Origin: Psychrobacter sp. DM4
Lineage (GTDB): Bacteria > Pseudomonadota > Gammaproteobacteria > Pseudomonadales > Moraxellaceae
Length of the DNA stretch: 32,000 bases
Assembly (NCBI RefSeq): GCF_051307035.1
Contig: NZ_CP195536.1
Location: 270,001-302,000 of the forward strand
Direction: 5' to 3'
In this document: in pieces, positions 17,049 through 26,917 of the stretch
Numbering within the stretch: the stretch's first letter is position 1
Layout of the letters: the number at the start of each line of letters is the position of its first letter
Program-made: the position numbers and the translations under genes
Notes under the pieces: generated by a model
What the model was told of the DNA's origin: nothing
Seen by the model: the letters and a program-made list of their open reading frames with translations, nothing else
Databases searched by the model: none

Positions 17049-18284
17049 CTAATTCAAACCCAAAGTCTGACGTGTCTCGGTTGCGATACGCAGCTCTTCA
17101 TCGGTTGGGATAACCCACAGCTCAATACTGCTCTCTTCGCTATGAAAACTATTCTCCGCTCCGCCAACCAAGGTTTTGTTTTTATCAGCGTCAAACGAGA
17201 TACCAAAGTGACGCATAACATTTAGGATACGGGCACGAGTCGATGCTGAGTTCTCACCGATACCGCCGGTAAAGATAATGCCTGTAAATTCAGGCAACGC
17301 ACAGCTTAGAGCTGCCAAGTATTTACCCGCGCGATAGGCAAACATCTCAATGGCAAGCTCGGCATCTTTGTGCCCTTCATTAGCGGCTTCTTCAACCGTA
17401 CGCATGTCGTTAGATAAACCTGAGATACCCAGCAGACCACTGTCGCCATTAAGCATCTTATCGATATCCTCAAGGCTCATATCGAGCTGGCGTTTAAGAT
17501 GAATGTGCAGACTTGGATCGACGTCACCACTACGTGTACCCATCATCAGACCCTCAAGCGGGGTCAGACCCATACTCGTATCCAAGCTCTTGCCATCATA
17601 AACGGCAGCCGCTGAACAACCATTACCCAAATGCGCAGTTAACCAGCCATGAGGACCGTCCGCTTTGGTAATCTGACTAGCGCGCTCTGAGACATAAGCG
17701 TGCGAAGTACCATGAAAGCCATAACGACGAATCTTATGATCCTCGTAAAGTGCTTTTGGAATCGGATAGCGATAGGCAACCGCTGGCATGGTTTGGTGAA
17801 AGGCGGTGTCAAAGACGACCACTTGCGGGATATTAGGATAAATGGCTTGTACCGCCTCAATCCCTAGGGCGTTGGCGGGATTGTGTAGCGGAGCTAGTGA
17901 CTTGAGGCGCTTGACCTCAGATAACACATGATCGGTCACTTGCACCGCTTCTGAGTATTCACGGCCACCATGGACGCCGCGATGACCGACGGCGACAAAA
18001 TGATATTGCTCAAGTAGCTCAAGGATTTTTTGTAGTGCAAGCTTATGACGACCACCTGGAATGCTAATCTCTAATTTTTCACCGCTCAATGAGGTATGCT
18101 TGATGCGGGCGGTATCGAGTCCTAAGTTTTCGGCGAGACCTGTAATACGCGTTGACGCATCTTCACTGATAAGAGCGTACTTGATGGATGATGAGCCACA
18201 GTTTAAGACTAAAGTAGGATTGGTTAATTGTGAGGTGTCAGATTGTTGCTCATTGCGGGTTTGGGTGGTTGCGCTATCGCTCAT
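17049..18284 (-). CDS. ackA: Acetate kinase
   Basis: 411 aa. Motifs VLNCGSSSIKY, GHRGVHGG, RRYGFHGTSH and FTGGIGENS are present. Confidence 0.95.
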   Translation of the reverse strand: MSDSATTQTRNEQQSDTSQLTNPTLVLNCGSSSIKYALISEDASTRITGLAENLGLDTARIKHTSLSGEKLEISIPGGRHKLALQKILELLEQYHFVAVGHRGVHGGREYSEAVQVTDHVLSEVKRLKSLAPLHNPANALGIEAVQAIYPNIPQVVVFDTAFHQTMPAVAYRYPIPKALYEDHKIRRYGFHGTSHAYVSERASQITKADGPHGWLTAHLGNGCSAAAVYDGKSLDTSMGLTPLEGLMMGTRSGDVDPSLHIHLKRQLDMSLEDIDKMLNGDSGLLGISGLSNDMRTVEEAANEGHKDAELAIEMFAYRAGKYLAALSCALPEFTGIIFTGGIGENSASTRARILNVMRHFGISFDADKNKTLVGGAENSFHSEESSIELWVIPTDEELRIATETRQTLGLN

Positions 18285-18696
18285 GCTCTATCCTTAGATG
18301 ATCGTCAGTAGGGGTATCGGGCAGCTAAATATTCGCCGCAGTGGGGTTTTATTTGCTTATAATTTATCAAACAGCGTACTAGCTACTCGATTAAACTAAA
18401 TAGGCCTTGTTAATAATGTAACATATTTTGGACTCTATACCACGACAACTATAAGGTTTAGGGGTAATGAGTAGCAAGGTGTCAATACAGATGTTCACTG
18501 AATATAAAGAGTAGTAAGCGGTGCATAAAAACAGGCCGTTAAAATATTAGTTGTAAGTAAATTTATCAAACAGTCATTAGCAATATCAGACACTCGTATC
18601 GAATAATGCTATTATTGCAGCGTTCGATGACGGTATATACTATTGCAAAAACTTGCCGTACTCTTTTATATTTTTTAGCAGACTTGCCTCAAGGTT

Positions 18697-19023
18697 ATGA
18701 CCCTTATGTCTATATTCTCTCGCTTATCCTATATAAGATCAGCTCGCCGTCTATCTAGTAGCACTCATCATATAACGTGCTTGTTGATAGTTGCTAGCAC
18801 AAGCCTAATTGGCATGACAGGCTGCGGGCAAAAAGGCGCTTTGTATTTGGTCGATAATAGCGATCAGACCACAATTGAGACCTCATCTGCTGTACTAAAT
18901 AGCGGTAGCCAGCCGCAAGACACTGCTTTTGATAATCTAGATAATAGCGACTATGACAAAACTCGTTATATTGAGCAAAAGCAAATACTGCCTGATGTCA
19001 GTGACGATCCCAACGACTACTAA
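18697..19023 (+). CDS. lptM: LptM/YifL-like small lipoprotein
   Basis: The lipobox and signature LIGMTGCGQKGALYL resemble the E. coli YifL/LptM signature TGCGLKGPLY. It sits upstream of lysA-dapF, as yifL sits upstream of dapF in E. coli. The exact start is uncertain. Confidence 0.6.
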   Translation: MTLMSIFSRLSYIRSARRLSSSTHHITCLLIVASTSLIGMTGCGQKGALYLVDNSDQTTIETSSAVLNSGSQPQDTAFDNLDNSDYDKTRYIEQKQILPDVSDDPNDY

Positions 19024-19092
19024 CTTTAAAAACACGCCCTAACAACAACACGCGCCACTATTAAAAACACGCCCTACCTTTGAGATTCAGCT

Positions 19093-20457
19093 ATGAGTAA
19101 TTCGACCTTGCAAGCCTGCGCCCCTAATTCTGTTACCACTCAAACCGAGCAAGGTTTGTATATTGATCCTGTTGCTTTGAGCGATCGTTTGCCTACGTTG
19201 CATTATCAAGACCGAGCGCTCCATATGGAGCAGGTGAGTATCAGTGATGTGGTCGATCACTACGGCACGCCGTGTTACGTCTACTCAAAACAGGCGATAT
19301 TGAACGTCTATCATGAGTATAGTAAGAACTTCGCTAGCCTCGATCATCAGATTTGCTACGCAGTAAAAGCCAACTCCAACCTTGCGGTATTAGGAATACT
19401 GGCGCAAGCAGGCGCAGGGTTTGATATTGTCTCGCGCGGTGAGCTAATGCGTGTATTAGCGGCAGGCGGGAGACCGGATCGCGTCGTGTACTCAGGCGTG
19501 GGCAAAACGCGCTCTGATATCGAATTTGCACTAAATCAGAATATCAGCTGCTTCAATGTAGAATCAGTAAGCGAGCTGACGCTGATTAACGACGTCGCTC
19601 AGCAGTTGGGCAAACATGCCCCCGTATCGCTACGCGTCAATCCAGACGTTGATGCTAATACTCACCCTTATATCTCAACAGGTCTCAAAGATAATAAGTT
19701 TGGGGTTGCTCATGACAAGGCAGTCGCGGTCTATGAGCAAGCCGCTGCAATGTCGCACATCGATATCACAGGTATCGACTGTCACATCGGCTCACAGTTG
19801 ACTGAGGTTGATCCTTTCGTTGCCGCATTAGATAAGCTGATTGAGCTAATTGGCGCGTTACGTGATAAGGGTATTGAGCTGCGACACATCGACTTGGGCG
19901 GCGGTTTGGGCGTGCGTTATATCGATGAGACGCCCATCTCTATTGCTGACTTTGCTCAAGCTTTGTTGCCTAAACTTAAAACGCTTGGATTAAAGGTGTT
20001 CTTTGAGCCGGGTCGGAGCATGGTGGCCAATGCAGGTGTGCTGCTTACACGCGTTGATGTACTCAAGCCAACTGAACACAAAAACTTCGCTATCGTTGAT
20101 GCAGCGATGAATGATTTGATTCGCCCTGCGCTCTATCAAGCTGAGATGGCTGTCATTCCTAAGACCTTGCCAAGTCAAGATACTGATACTGGCACTGATG
20201 CCAAGCCTTGGGATATCGTAGGTGCTATTTGCGAGACGGGCGACTTTTTGGCAAAGGATCGTATGCTGACGCTAGCAGTAGGCGATACCTTGGTGATCAC
20301 TGGCGCGGGTGCCTACGGCTTTACCATGAGTAGTAATTACAATTCGCGGGCGCGAGCCTGCGAGGTCATGGTTGCAGGTCACCAGCATCAACTCATACGT
20401 AAGCGCGAAACGCTTGAGGACTTATACCGTGATGAGATACTCTGGCAGGATAAGTAG
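19093..20457 (+). CDS. lysA: Diaminopimelate decarboxylase
   Basis: 454 aa. It has the PLP-lysine block YAVKANSN, then HIGSQ, GGGLGV and ICETGDF. Confidence 0.95.
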   Translation: MSNSTLQACAPNSVTTQTEQGLYIDPVALSDRLPTLHYQDRALHMEQVSISDVVDHYGTPCYVYSKQAILNVYHEYSKNFASLDHQICYAVKANSNLAVLGILAQAGAGFDIVSRGELMRVLAAGGRPDRVVYSGVGKTRSDIEFALNQNISCFNVESVSELTLINDVAQQLGKHAPVSLRVNPDVDANTHPYISTGLKDNKFGVAHDKAVAVYEQAAAMSHIDITGIDCHIGSQLTEVDPFVAALDKLIELIGALRDKGIELRHIDLGGGLGVRYIDETPISIADFAQALLPKLKTLGLKVFFEPGRSMVANAGVLLTRVDVLKPTEHKNFAIVDAAMNDLIRPALYQAEMAVIPKTLPSQDTDTGTDAKPWDIVGAICETGDFLAKDRMLTLAVGDTLVITGAGAYGFTMSSNYNSRARACEVMVAGHQHQLIRKRETLEDLYRDEILWQDK

Positions 20458-20498
20458 CTAATGACTACAAAAGCGTAAGCGAGCACTGGTTGAGATGA

Positions 20499-20530
20499 GA
20501 CCCATTGTCATAATGACAGTGGGTTTTTTA
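20499..20530 (+). terminator. Rho-independent terminator after lysA
   Basis: acccattgtcat / atgacagtgggt (one G.U pair) followed by tttttt. Confidence 0.65.
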
Positions 20531-20642
20531 TGGTCAGCGTTTTATTACCGTAAGCAAGCATTAGCACACGCTGATAGTTATCATTGTGTAAGGTAGCATG
20601 CTAATATAACTGACATATAATAATAGAGTAGGACACAGGGAT

Positions 20643-21530
20643 ATGCTAATAGAATTTACAAAGATGCATGGGCTGGGCAATGATTTTATGGTCATCGATT
20701 TGGTGACGCAGCGCTTGGACTTGACCAAAGATTTGGTACAGTTGTTGGGCGATCGCCACCTAGGAATAGGCTTTGATCAGTTGCTAGTCGTTGAGCCGCC
20801 GATGCGCCCTGACGTGGATTTTAGCTATCGCATTTTTAATACCGATGGCACAGAGGTTGAGCAATGCGGCAATGGCGCGCGCTGTTTTGCACGTTTCGTA
20901 CAAGCGCGCAAACTGTCCTTTAAGCAGCGCCTGCGCGTTGAGACCGCAAGCGGTATTATCGCTTTGACCACAGATCGTTACGGCTGGGTTGAGGTCGATA
21001 TGGGTAAGCCCAAATTCGAGCCAGACGAGATTCCCTTTACCCCCAAAGCGACAACCAAGATTCAAAATGCCTATCATTTAAGTGTCGAGGGTACGCCCGT
21101 TCAGCTTTATGTCGCGAATATGGGCAATCCGCATGCGGTGATAAAGGTAGATGACGTCCTCGATGCGGATGTCGAAACCTTGGGTAAGGCTTTAGAGTCG
21201 CATCCAGCCTTTCCAGAGCGAGTCAATGTCGGCTTTATGCAAGTCATGAATCAGCGTCATATTCGTCTGAGAGTCTATGAGCGCGGTGTCGGCGAGACAC
21301 AAGCGTGCGGCACAGGGGCTTGCGCAGCGGTAGCGATAGGGGTACGTGAGGGCTGGCTTGATGAAGGGGAGGATGTGCGCGCTCAGTTGTATGGCGGTAG
21401 TATGATTATCAAATGGCAACCAGGCTATTCTGTGATGATGACCGGTCCGACAGCCTTTGTATACGAAGGGGTGTTTAGCCCAGATGGCCTTATGGCGCAA
21501 GCGGGCATCACGCCCAATCCTGACAGCTAA
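20643..21530 (+). CDS. dapF: Diaminopimelate epimerase
   Basis: 295 aa. It begins MHGLGNDF and carries both catalytic Cys motifs, CGNGARC and ACGTGACA. Confidence 0.95.
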   Translation: MLIEFTKMHGLGNDFMVIDLVTQRLDLTKDLVQLLGDRHLGIGFDQLLVVEPPMRPDVDFSYRIFNTDGTEVEQCGNGARCFARFVQARKLSFKQRLRVETASGIIALTTDRYGWVEVDMGKPKFEPDEIPFTPKATTKIQNAYHLSVEGTPVQLYVANMGNPHAVIKVDDVLDADVETLGKALESHPAFPERVNVGFMQVMNQRHIRLRVYERGVGETQACGTGACAAVAIGVREGWLDEGEDVRAQLYGGSMIIKWQPGYSVMMTGPTAFVYEGVFSPDGLMAQAGITPNPDS

Positions 21531-21543
21531 CGGTTAATAAGCG

Positions 21544-22557
21544 ATGTCTATTGTCAATAAAGAGCCAAATCATCCTTGGATATCTACAGATGTAGCGGAC
21601 GCATTGGAGCTAGATGGCGAGCTACAAGAGCTGTTCATACCTGTTAATCGCTGGCTGGGTATACTCAAGGTACGCAATCACTCAGAGCATACTTTGAGGG
21701 CTTATTTCGCTGGGGTCAATCAGTTGGCGCTGTTTTTGCGGGGTAAAGGCTTGACATGGACGCGCTGTGATAAGCGTCAATTGGCTCAGCATATCTCTCA
21801 GCGTCTCGATGAGGACAATCTGGCGCTTGCTAGTGTACAGCAAGAGCTGTCAGCAATTCGGCATTTTTATGGCTGGCTTATCGAACAGGAGCTTGCGCGT
21901 ATCAATCCAACGACGGGTTATCAGCTCAAACGTAGTCCACGTCCATTGCCGTCCATCGCTGATATCGATATGCTGACGCAACTGCTGGATCAGCCTGCGC
22001 CTGATACGCCAGAGCAGGCGCGACTATGGCTACGCGACAAGGCGATGTTTGAGTTACTCTACAGTAGTGGTCTGCGCGTAGGTGAGTTAGTCGCGCTCGA
22101 TGTAACGGATATAGATCTATCTGATTTGCGGGTACGAGTGACAGGTAAAGGCAATAAGACCCGCCTCGTACCGATAGGGATGAAAGCGCGCGACGCCATC
22201 AAGCGCTACTTACCGCATCGTAATCTATGGGTAGAGCAAGTCGATAGCGCTTTGTTTATTAGCGAGAAGCTTGGGACTAGGCTCTCAACGCGCGCCGTCC
22301 AGCAGCGTCTAAAAGTTACTGCCAAGCGCGCAGGCATTGCGCAAAATATGTATCCGCATCTATTGCGCCATTGCTTTGCCTCGCACATGCTCTCAGGGAG
22401 TGGCGATCTGCGCGCTGTGCAAGAGATGCTTGGGCATAGTGATATCAGCACCACGCAAATCTATACCCATGTTGATTTTGCCAAGCTCACTCAAGTCTAT
22501 GATCGCGCTCATCCACGCGCGACGCATACAAGAAATGACAATGAGCCACCTTTGTAA
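21544..22557 (+). CDS. xerC: Tyrosine recombinase XerC
   Basis: The catalytic pattern is present: GLRVGEL (R), HLLRHCFASH (HxxR) and TTQIYTHV (Y). The dapF-xerC synteny also fits. Confidence 0.9.
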   Translation: MSIVNKEPNHPWISTDVADALELDGELQELFIPVNRWLGILKVRNHSEHTLRAYFAGVNQLALFLRGKGLTWTRCDKRQLAQHISQRLDEDNLALASVQQELSAIRHFYGWLIEQELARINPTTGYQLKRSPRPLPSIADIDMLTQLLDQPAPDTPEQARLWLRDKAMFELLYSSGLRVGELVALDVTDIDLSDLRVRVTGKGNKTRLVPIGMKARDAIKRYLPHRNLWVEQVDSALFISEKLGTRLSTRAVQQRLKVTAKRAGIAQNMYPHLLRHCFASHMLSGSGDLRAVQEMLGHSDISTTQIYTHVDFAKLTQVYDRAHPRATHTRNDNEPPL

Positions 22558-22605
22558 CAGTATGACAGTGCTTTTTAATAGCACTTCTACTATCACTCTT
22601 AAAAG

Positions 22606-23544
22606 TTACGCCAAACGGTGACATTGAAAGATCGGCATTTTTTGTCTAGCATTATCTTGTGTTGATTTGCTCAAAGTACCAAATACTAGTGCGTAGTTTT
22701 TGTTATCGGTGTCGTGAGCGTTATCAGAGTCATCAAATGTACTGTGATCGTAGCTGCTTAGCACCTTGCCATTATAGTCTGTGATGGCACTATGCCCCCA
22801 TGTCTGACGACTATTACCATTTTTGCCGAAGTGCTCACCGCCTTGCGCGGCGCCTATTATCATACACTGGCTATCGAGTGCGCGCGCTTGCAACAATAGC
22901 GACCAGTGCGCTTGTCCTGTCATATAAGTGAAGGCAGAAGGGGCGCTCAATATATCAGCGCCAGCTTGACGCAAACGCTGCGCTAATGCTGGAAACCGTA
23001 AGTCAAAGCACACCATCATGCCTAATTGATAGATGCTATCTTTGATAGTAATCGGGGCGACCACCGTCTGTGTACCCGGCTCAAAGGTTGCCGCTTCATT
23101 GTAGCTACCCTGCTTGTCAGCGACCGTCGCAGTAAACAGATGAATTTTATCATAGCGCGCAATTTGTGTCCCATCCGGCGCAAACAGCTGACTCACTTGA
23201 CGCATGCGACCATCGGGGACGATCCTGCCATCAGGACGATAAAAACAAGGTTGCGTACCTGCCAATAGATAGATATTCTGTTCACGGGCGTAATCCGCTA
23301 GCGTCATTGATATCTCATCGAAGCGCTTAGCGGTGGCAGATTGTGCACCCATGCTACAGCAATTCTCTGGTAGGACGACTAGGCTTGCTCCTTGCTCGCT
23401 GGCATCAGTGATAGCGGATTTTATAGCAGCAAGATTGACCTCAATGTCTTGTTGACTATTAAGCTGTACTGCGGCAACCGTAATTGGCTCTTGGTCGGTA
23501 TAGCTAGTATCATTCATAATGGACTCAGTGATGTTAAAAAACAT
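22606..23544 (-). CDS. Carbon-nitrogen hydrolase family protein (nitrilase superfamily)
   Basis: The E-K-C triad context is present: VVLPEN (Glu), YDKIHLF (Lys) and MMVCFDLRFP (Cys). Confidence 0.85.
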   Translation of the reverse strand: MFFNITESIMNDTSYTDQEPITVAAVQLNSQQDIEVNLAAIKSAITDASEQGASLVVLPENCCSMGAQSATAKRFDEISMTLADYAREQNIYLLAGTQPCFYRPDGRIVPDGRMRQVSQLFAPDGTQIARYDKIHLFTATVADKQGSYNEAATFEPGTQTVVAPITIKDSIYQLGMMVCFDLRFPALAQRLRQAGADILSAPSAFTYMTGQAHWSLLLQARALDSQCMIIGAAQGGEHFGKNGNSRQTWGHSAITDYNGKVLSSYDHSTFDDSDNAHDTDNKNYALVFGTLSKSTQDNARQKMPIFQCHRLA

Positions 23545-23769
23545 CTATTCATTCGTTTTTTGGTTTTATTGAAGGTTTAACAGACAGTATCGATAATATC
23601 AAAACTAGAGCTATGTATAGATATTAATAACCAGCTGTTTTGAGCTTACGGATAAATTATCATAGCAAAATTATGATAAAAAATGCTATCGTCATGAACT
23701 CATAGCGCTAAGTTTATAGTTGCCACAACTACCAACAACCTAATTATACTGGAGAGTAATAACCCTTTC

Positions 23770-25407
23770 ATGAGTATGTCGTTCGGACTTGCAACCAGCC
23801 TTGGCACCTCGCAAAAGCTCACACCGCAAATGCAGCAGGCCATCAAACTGCTTCAACTCTCAAGTCTTGAGTTGGCACAAGAGGTGCAGATCAAGCTTGA
23901 TAGTAATCCTTTGCTTGAACGTATTGAAGAGGAAGAAGAGGAGTTTGAGCGTCTTGATGATATGACAGACGGTGAGCTGAGCGAGTCCTTGTCACTTGAG
24001 ACATGGAATCAGACTTCCCTTACATCAGATAAGGATGAGTCTAAAGACTCTAATGCTGATGACTTTGGACAAAGTAACGATAGCTTTGATGATAACGACG
24101 ACAGCTTTGCTAGTGATAATTATGATAGTGGCAATTACGCCTCTGGCGCGTCCAGTGGGTCGAGCACAAGCCAAGCTGACTTTGATGAGATGGATCGTTA
24201 TCAAGGCAGCACACACGCCACTATTCAAGATCATGTACGCTGGCAGCTCAACTTCAAACGCCTATCTAGTACTGATGCTTTGATTGCGCAGTATTTAATT
24301 GATTCTATGGACGACATGGGCTTTGTGCGCCTTGATATCGATGACCTGCTCCAAAGCTTTGAGACCATGGCAAGTTTTTATCAATGGGATGAGCATGTTG
24401 AGTACGACGAGATACTAGCGGTTCTACGTATTATTCAATCTTGCGATCCGCTTGGCGTTGGGGCTTGTAATCTAAGTGAATGCCTAGCGATACAGCTGTC
24501 TAAACTGGATAAGAACACAGAGTATTTACAAGATGCACAGGCTTTGTTGACTGCCAGTGAGTATTTGGTCAGCAATAATATTAAAGCTCTGATTGAGCTA
24601 ACGGGCCTACCTGCGACGCGTATCACCCCAGCACTTGAGCTATTACGCACCTTGAACCCAGCACCAGGATTGTCCTTTCAAAGTGATCAGCCAGACTACA
24701 CCCGTGCCCCTGATAGCTATGACATTCCTGATGTTTTAGTCACTCCAGTACGGCAAAAAAGCACTCAGTCAAATCATACATCAAACCAAAACCCATCAAG
24801 TCATGAGCAGTCACTACTAGATGAGGACTGGCAGGTTCGTCTTAACCCCGAAACCCTACCCAAGCTGCGTGTCAATCGCGAATACGCAAGCTTGGTTAAG
24901 CGCGGTGATGATAGCCCTGATAATCAATATCTGCGAGAGAACTTGACTGATGCCAGATTGTTTATCCGCAGTATCGAGGAGCGCAATCAAAACCTACTCA
25001 AAGTAGCGACCAGTATCATACGCCGTCAGCAAGGGTTTTTGCGTCAAGGCGCGACGGCAATGCAACCGTTAATCTTAAAAGATATTGCAGAAGAGGTTGA
25101 ATTGCATGAATCTACGGTCTCACGCTTAACCACCAGCAAGAGTATTTTGACGCCCCAAGGGTTATTCTCACTCAAGCATTTTTTCTCATCGCATGTCAGT
25201 AGTAGCGAGGGCGATATCTCCTCGACCGCTATTAGTGCCATGATAAAGCAGCTAATTATGGATGAAAATCTTAAGAAGCCTCTATCTGATAGTCGTATAC
25301 AAACACAATTATCAGAGCAAGGCATTGAGATTGCTAGACGAACCGTAGCCAAGTACCGCGAGGCTATGAACATTGGATCCTCAACCCAACGTAAGCAAAA
25401 GTACTAG
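23770..25407 (+). CDS. rpoN: RNA polymerase sigma-54 factor
   Basis: 545 aa. It has the N-terminal Q/L-rich region I, a long acidic region II, an HTH, and the RpoN box ARRTVAKYR. Confidence 0.95.
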   Translation: MSMSFGLATSLGTSQKLTPQMQQAIKLLQLSSLELAQEVQIKLDSNPLLERIEEEEEEFERLDDMTDGELSESLSLETWNQTSLTSDKDESKDSNADDFGQSNDSFDDNDDSFASDNYDSGNYASGASSGSSTSQADFDEMDRYQGSTHATIQDHVRWQLNFKRLSSTDALIAQYLIDSMDDMGFVRLDIDDLLQSFETMASFYQWDEHVEYDEILAVLRIIQSCDPLGVGACNLSECLAIQLSKLDKNTEYLQDAQALLTASEYLVSNNIKALIELTGLPATRITPALELLRTLNPAPGLSFQSDQPDYTRAPDSYDIPDVLVTPVRQKSTQSNHTSNQNPSSHEQSLLDEDWQVRLNPETLPKLRVNREYASLVKRGDDSPDNQYLRENLTDARLFIRSIEERNQNLLKVATSIIRRQQGFLRQGATAMQPLILKDIAEEVELHESTVSRLTTSKSILTPQGLFSLKHFFSSHVSSSEGDISSTAISAMIKQLIMDENLKKPLSDSRIQTQLSEQGIEIARRTVAKYREAMNIGSSTQRKQKY

Positions 25408-25748
25408 CTTACATTTACTCTTTTTTGTTATGAATATTCTAAAACTAGAATATAAAATAAAATTTTTTGATTATATAGATTTATATAAGTGAAGACTTAT
25501 TTTATTACATTCTGTTACAGTTTTTTGTCTTGCTACTCATCGCCTTTCATGACAAATTAGAGAGGCATCAATACTGTATTTAGCCAAATATAACCGATCA
25601 GAATGGGGAATAAAAATAGGACACTCCATGTATCAAATGATCAGTTATTACACTAATAGGTTTTGTCATTATTGATGAGGCACAGGTGATAAGCATAGGG
25701 ATGCGATATCACCTCTTGAATAAGAATGATAACCATAAGGACAACAAT

Positions 25749-26129
25749 ATGAATGTATCTATCAGTGGTCACCATATCAGTGTAACCGAAGCTATGGACA
25801 CCTCCGTACGCGAAAAGCTTGCCAAAATAGAGCGTCATTTTGATCAAATACAAAGTATCAAAGTGATCTTGTCACTGGATAATAGCGGCGCTAGTGACGG
25901 CGGCAAAAAGAGCCATAAAGCTGAAGCTATTTTGCGGGTTTCAGGGCAGGAGATGTTTGTTCAAGCTCTTGAAGATGATATGTACAAAGCCATTAATGAG
26001 ATGGCAGACAAACTCGATAGGCAAGTCCGTAAATATAAAACCCGCCAAGAGCGTAAAAAGACACAAGGCGCTGGGCGTGAAGGACGTTTTGAGGAAATTG
26101 GAAACGATGAAGCGTCTCTTATGAGCTAG
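25749..26129 (+). CDS. hpf: Ribosome hibernation promoting factor (short HPF/YhbH type)
   Basis: MNVSISGHHISVTEAM...KL.KIERHF resembles E. coli HPF (MQLNITGNNVEITEAL..). An AAGGA RBS lies before the ATG at 25749. The upstream part of ORF 25686 is probably not translated. The position after rpoN is conserved. Confidence 0.9.
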   Translation: MNVSISGHHISVTEAMDTSVREKLAKIERHFDQIQSIKVILSLDNSGASDGGKKSHKAEAILRVSGQEMFVQALEDDMYKAINEMADKLDRQVRKYKTRQERKKTQGAGREGRFEEIGNDEASLMS

Positions 26130-26165
26130 GTGTCTGATAAGCAGTTGTTAGCTAGATTTCTATAT

Positions 26166-26206
26166 AAAAAAGACCTCAATACGTGATACGTTTGAGGTCT
26201 TTTGAA
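26166..26206 (+). terminator. Rho-independent terminator after hpf
   Basis: aagacctcaa / ttgaggtctt perfect 10-bp stem (26170-26179 / 26192-26201), with an A-run before and ttt after. Confidence 0.7.
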
Positions 26207-26286
26207 ATAATAGAATAACATTTGAGAGTTGTGTTTTAGTATTATTCGTTTGCAATTCAATACCGATGAAAATTAAAAGCTTATAG

Positions 26287-26484
26287 CTATAGCTCATCTT
26301 GTTGAACAACTTCAATGCTCATACCATCGATCACTTTAGTTTTTGTTAGATCAGAGTTTGCTATTAGTTTATCATTGACCTCAACCGCATAACGACCTTG
26401 ACTCAGTCCTAACTCATTGATGACCAGTTGTACCGTTTGATGGGTTGTTTGCATCGTTTTGCCATTAACGTGAATTGTACTCAT
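26287..26484 (-). CDS. ThiS/MoaD-like beta-grasp protein lacking the C-terminal Gly-Gly
   Basis: 65 aa. The pattern I.VNGK....T...LI.ELGL...R.AVEVN..LI........V.DG..IEVVQ follows ThiS, but the protein ends ..VVQQDEL. No GG is encoded in any frame near the stop. Confidence 0.6.
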   Translation of the reverse strand: MSTIHVNGKTMQTTHQTVQLVINELGLSQGRYAVEVNDKLIANSDLTKTKVIDGMSIEVVQQDEL

Positions 26485-26514
26485 AACATCTATCTCTTTT
26501 ATTAAAATAATTGA

Positions 26515-26880
26515 CTAATTTGCTACGCCACGAAACGTAGTAACAGTAAGCCAAACCCATCCTACTATCATCAGTAACCCGCCGATAGGGGTAATCGCCC
26601 CAAACCAGCGCGGCGCACCTAAAGTCATCGCATATAAACTACCAGCAAAGATAACTACGCCAACTTGTAGCAGCCAAGCTGTCGTTTGAGTGGCATAATT
26701 CAAACGAATAAGTAGCCCAACGATCAGCAGCCCTAAAGCATGTGCAAGCAAGTAGAGCGTAGCCGTATGCCACCAGCCTAATTGTTGCTCATCAGCGATC
26801 CCTTTGAGACCATGAGCACCAAAAGCGCCAAGTCCCACGGCAATTGCCATATTAAGCGCGCCAATACCTATCCAATTCAT
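26515..26880 (-). CDS. DUF423 (YgdD-like) inner-membrane protein
   Basis: 121 aa with four hydrophobic helices. The signature LGAFGAHGLKG is near the N-terminus. Confidence 0.85.
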   Translation of the reverse strand: MNWIGIGALNMAIAVGLGAFGAHGLKGIADEQQLGWWHTATLYLLAHALGLLIVGLLIRLNYATQTTAWLLQVGVVIFAGSLYAMTLGAPRWFGAITPIGGLLMIVGWVWLTVTTFRGVAN

Positions 26881-26917
26881 TATTATTTGACCTTAATATA
26901 TCATTAATGTTGAATAA

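Noticed and set aside
23802-23818. TGGCAC hexamer resembling the -24 element of a sigma-54 promoter
   Set aside because: It lies inside the rpoN coding sequence and lacks a TTGC -12 element at the required spacing (tggcac-ctcgc-aaaagc). Another TGGCAC at about 2265 is inside purL and also lacks the GC at -12.
25653-25853. Minus-strand 66-aa ORF, and the 21-codon upstream extension of the hpf ORF (start at 25686)
   Set aside because: HPF homology begins exactly at MNVSISGHH (25749) behind an AAGGA RBS. The other reading frames lie in AT-rich leader DNA with no motif support.
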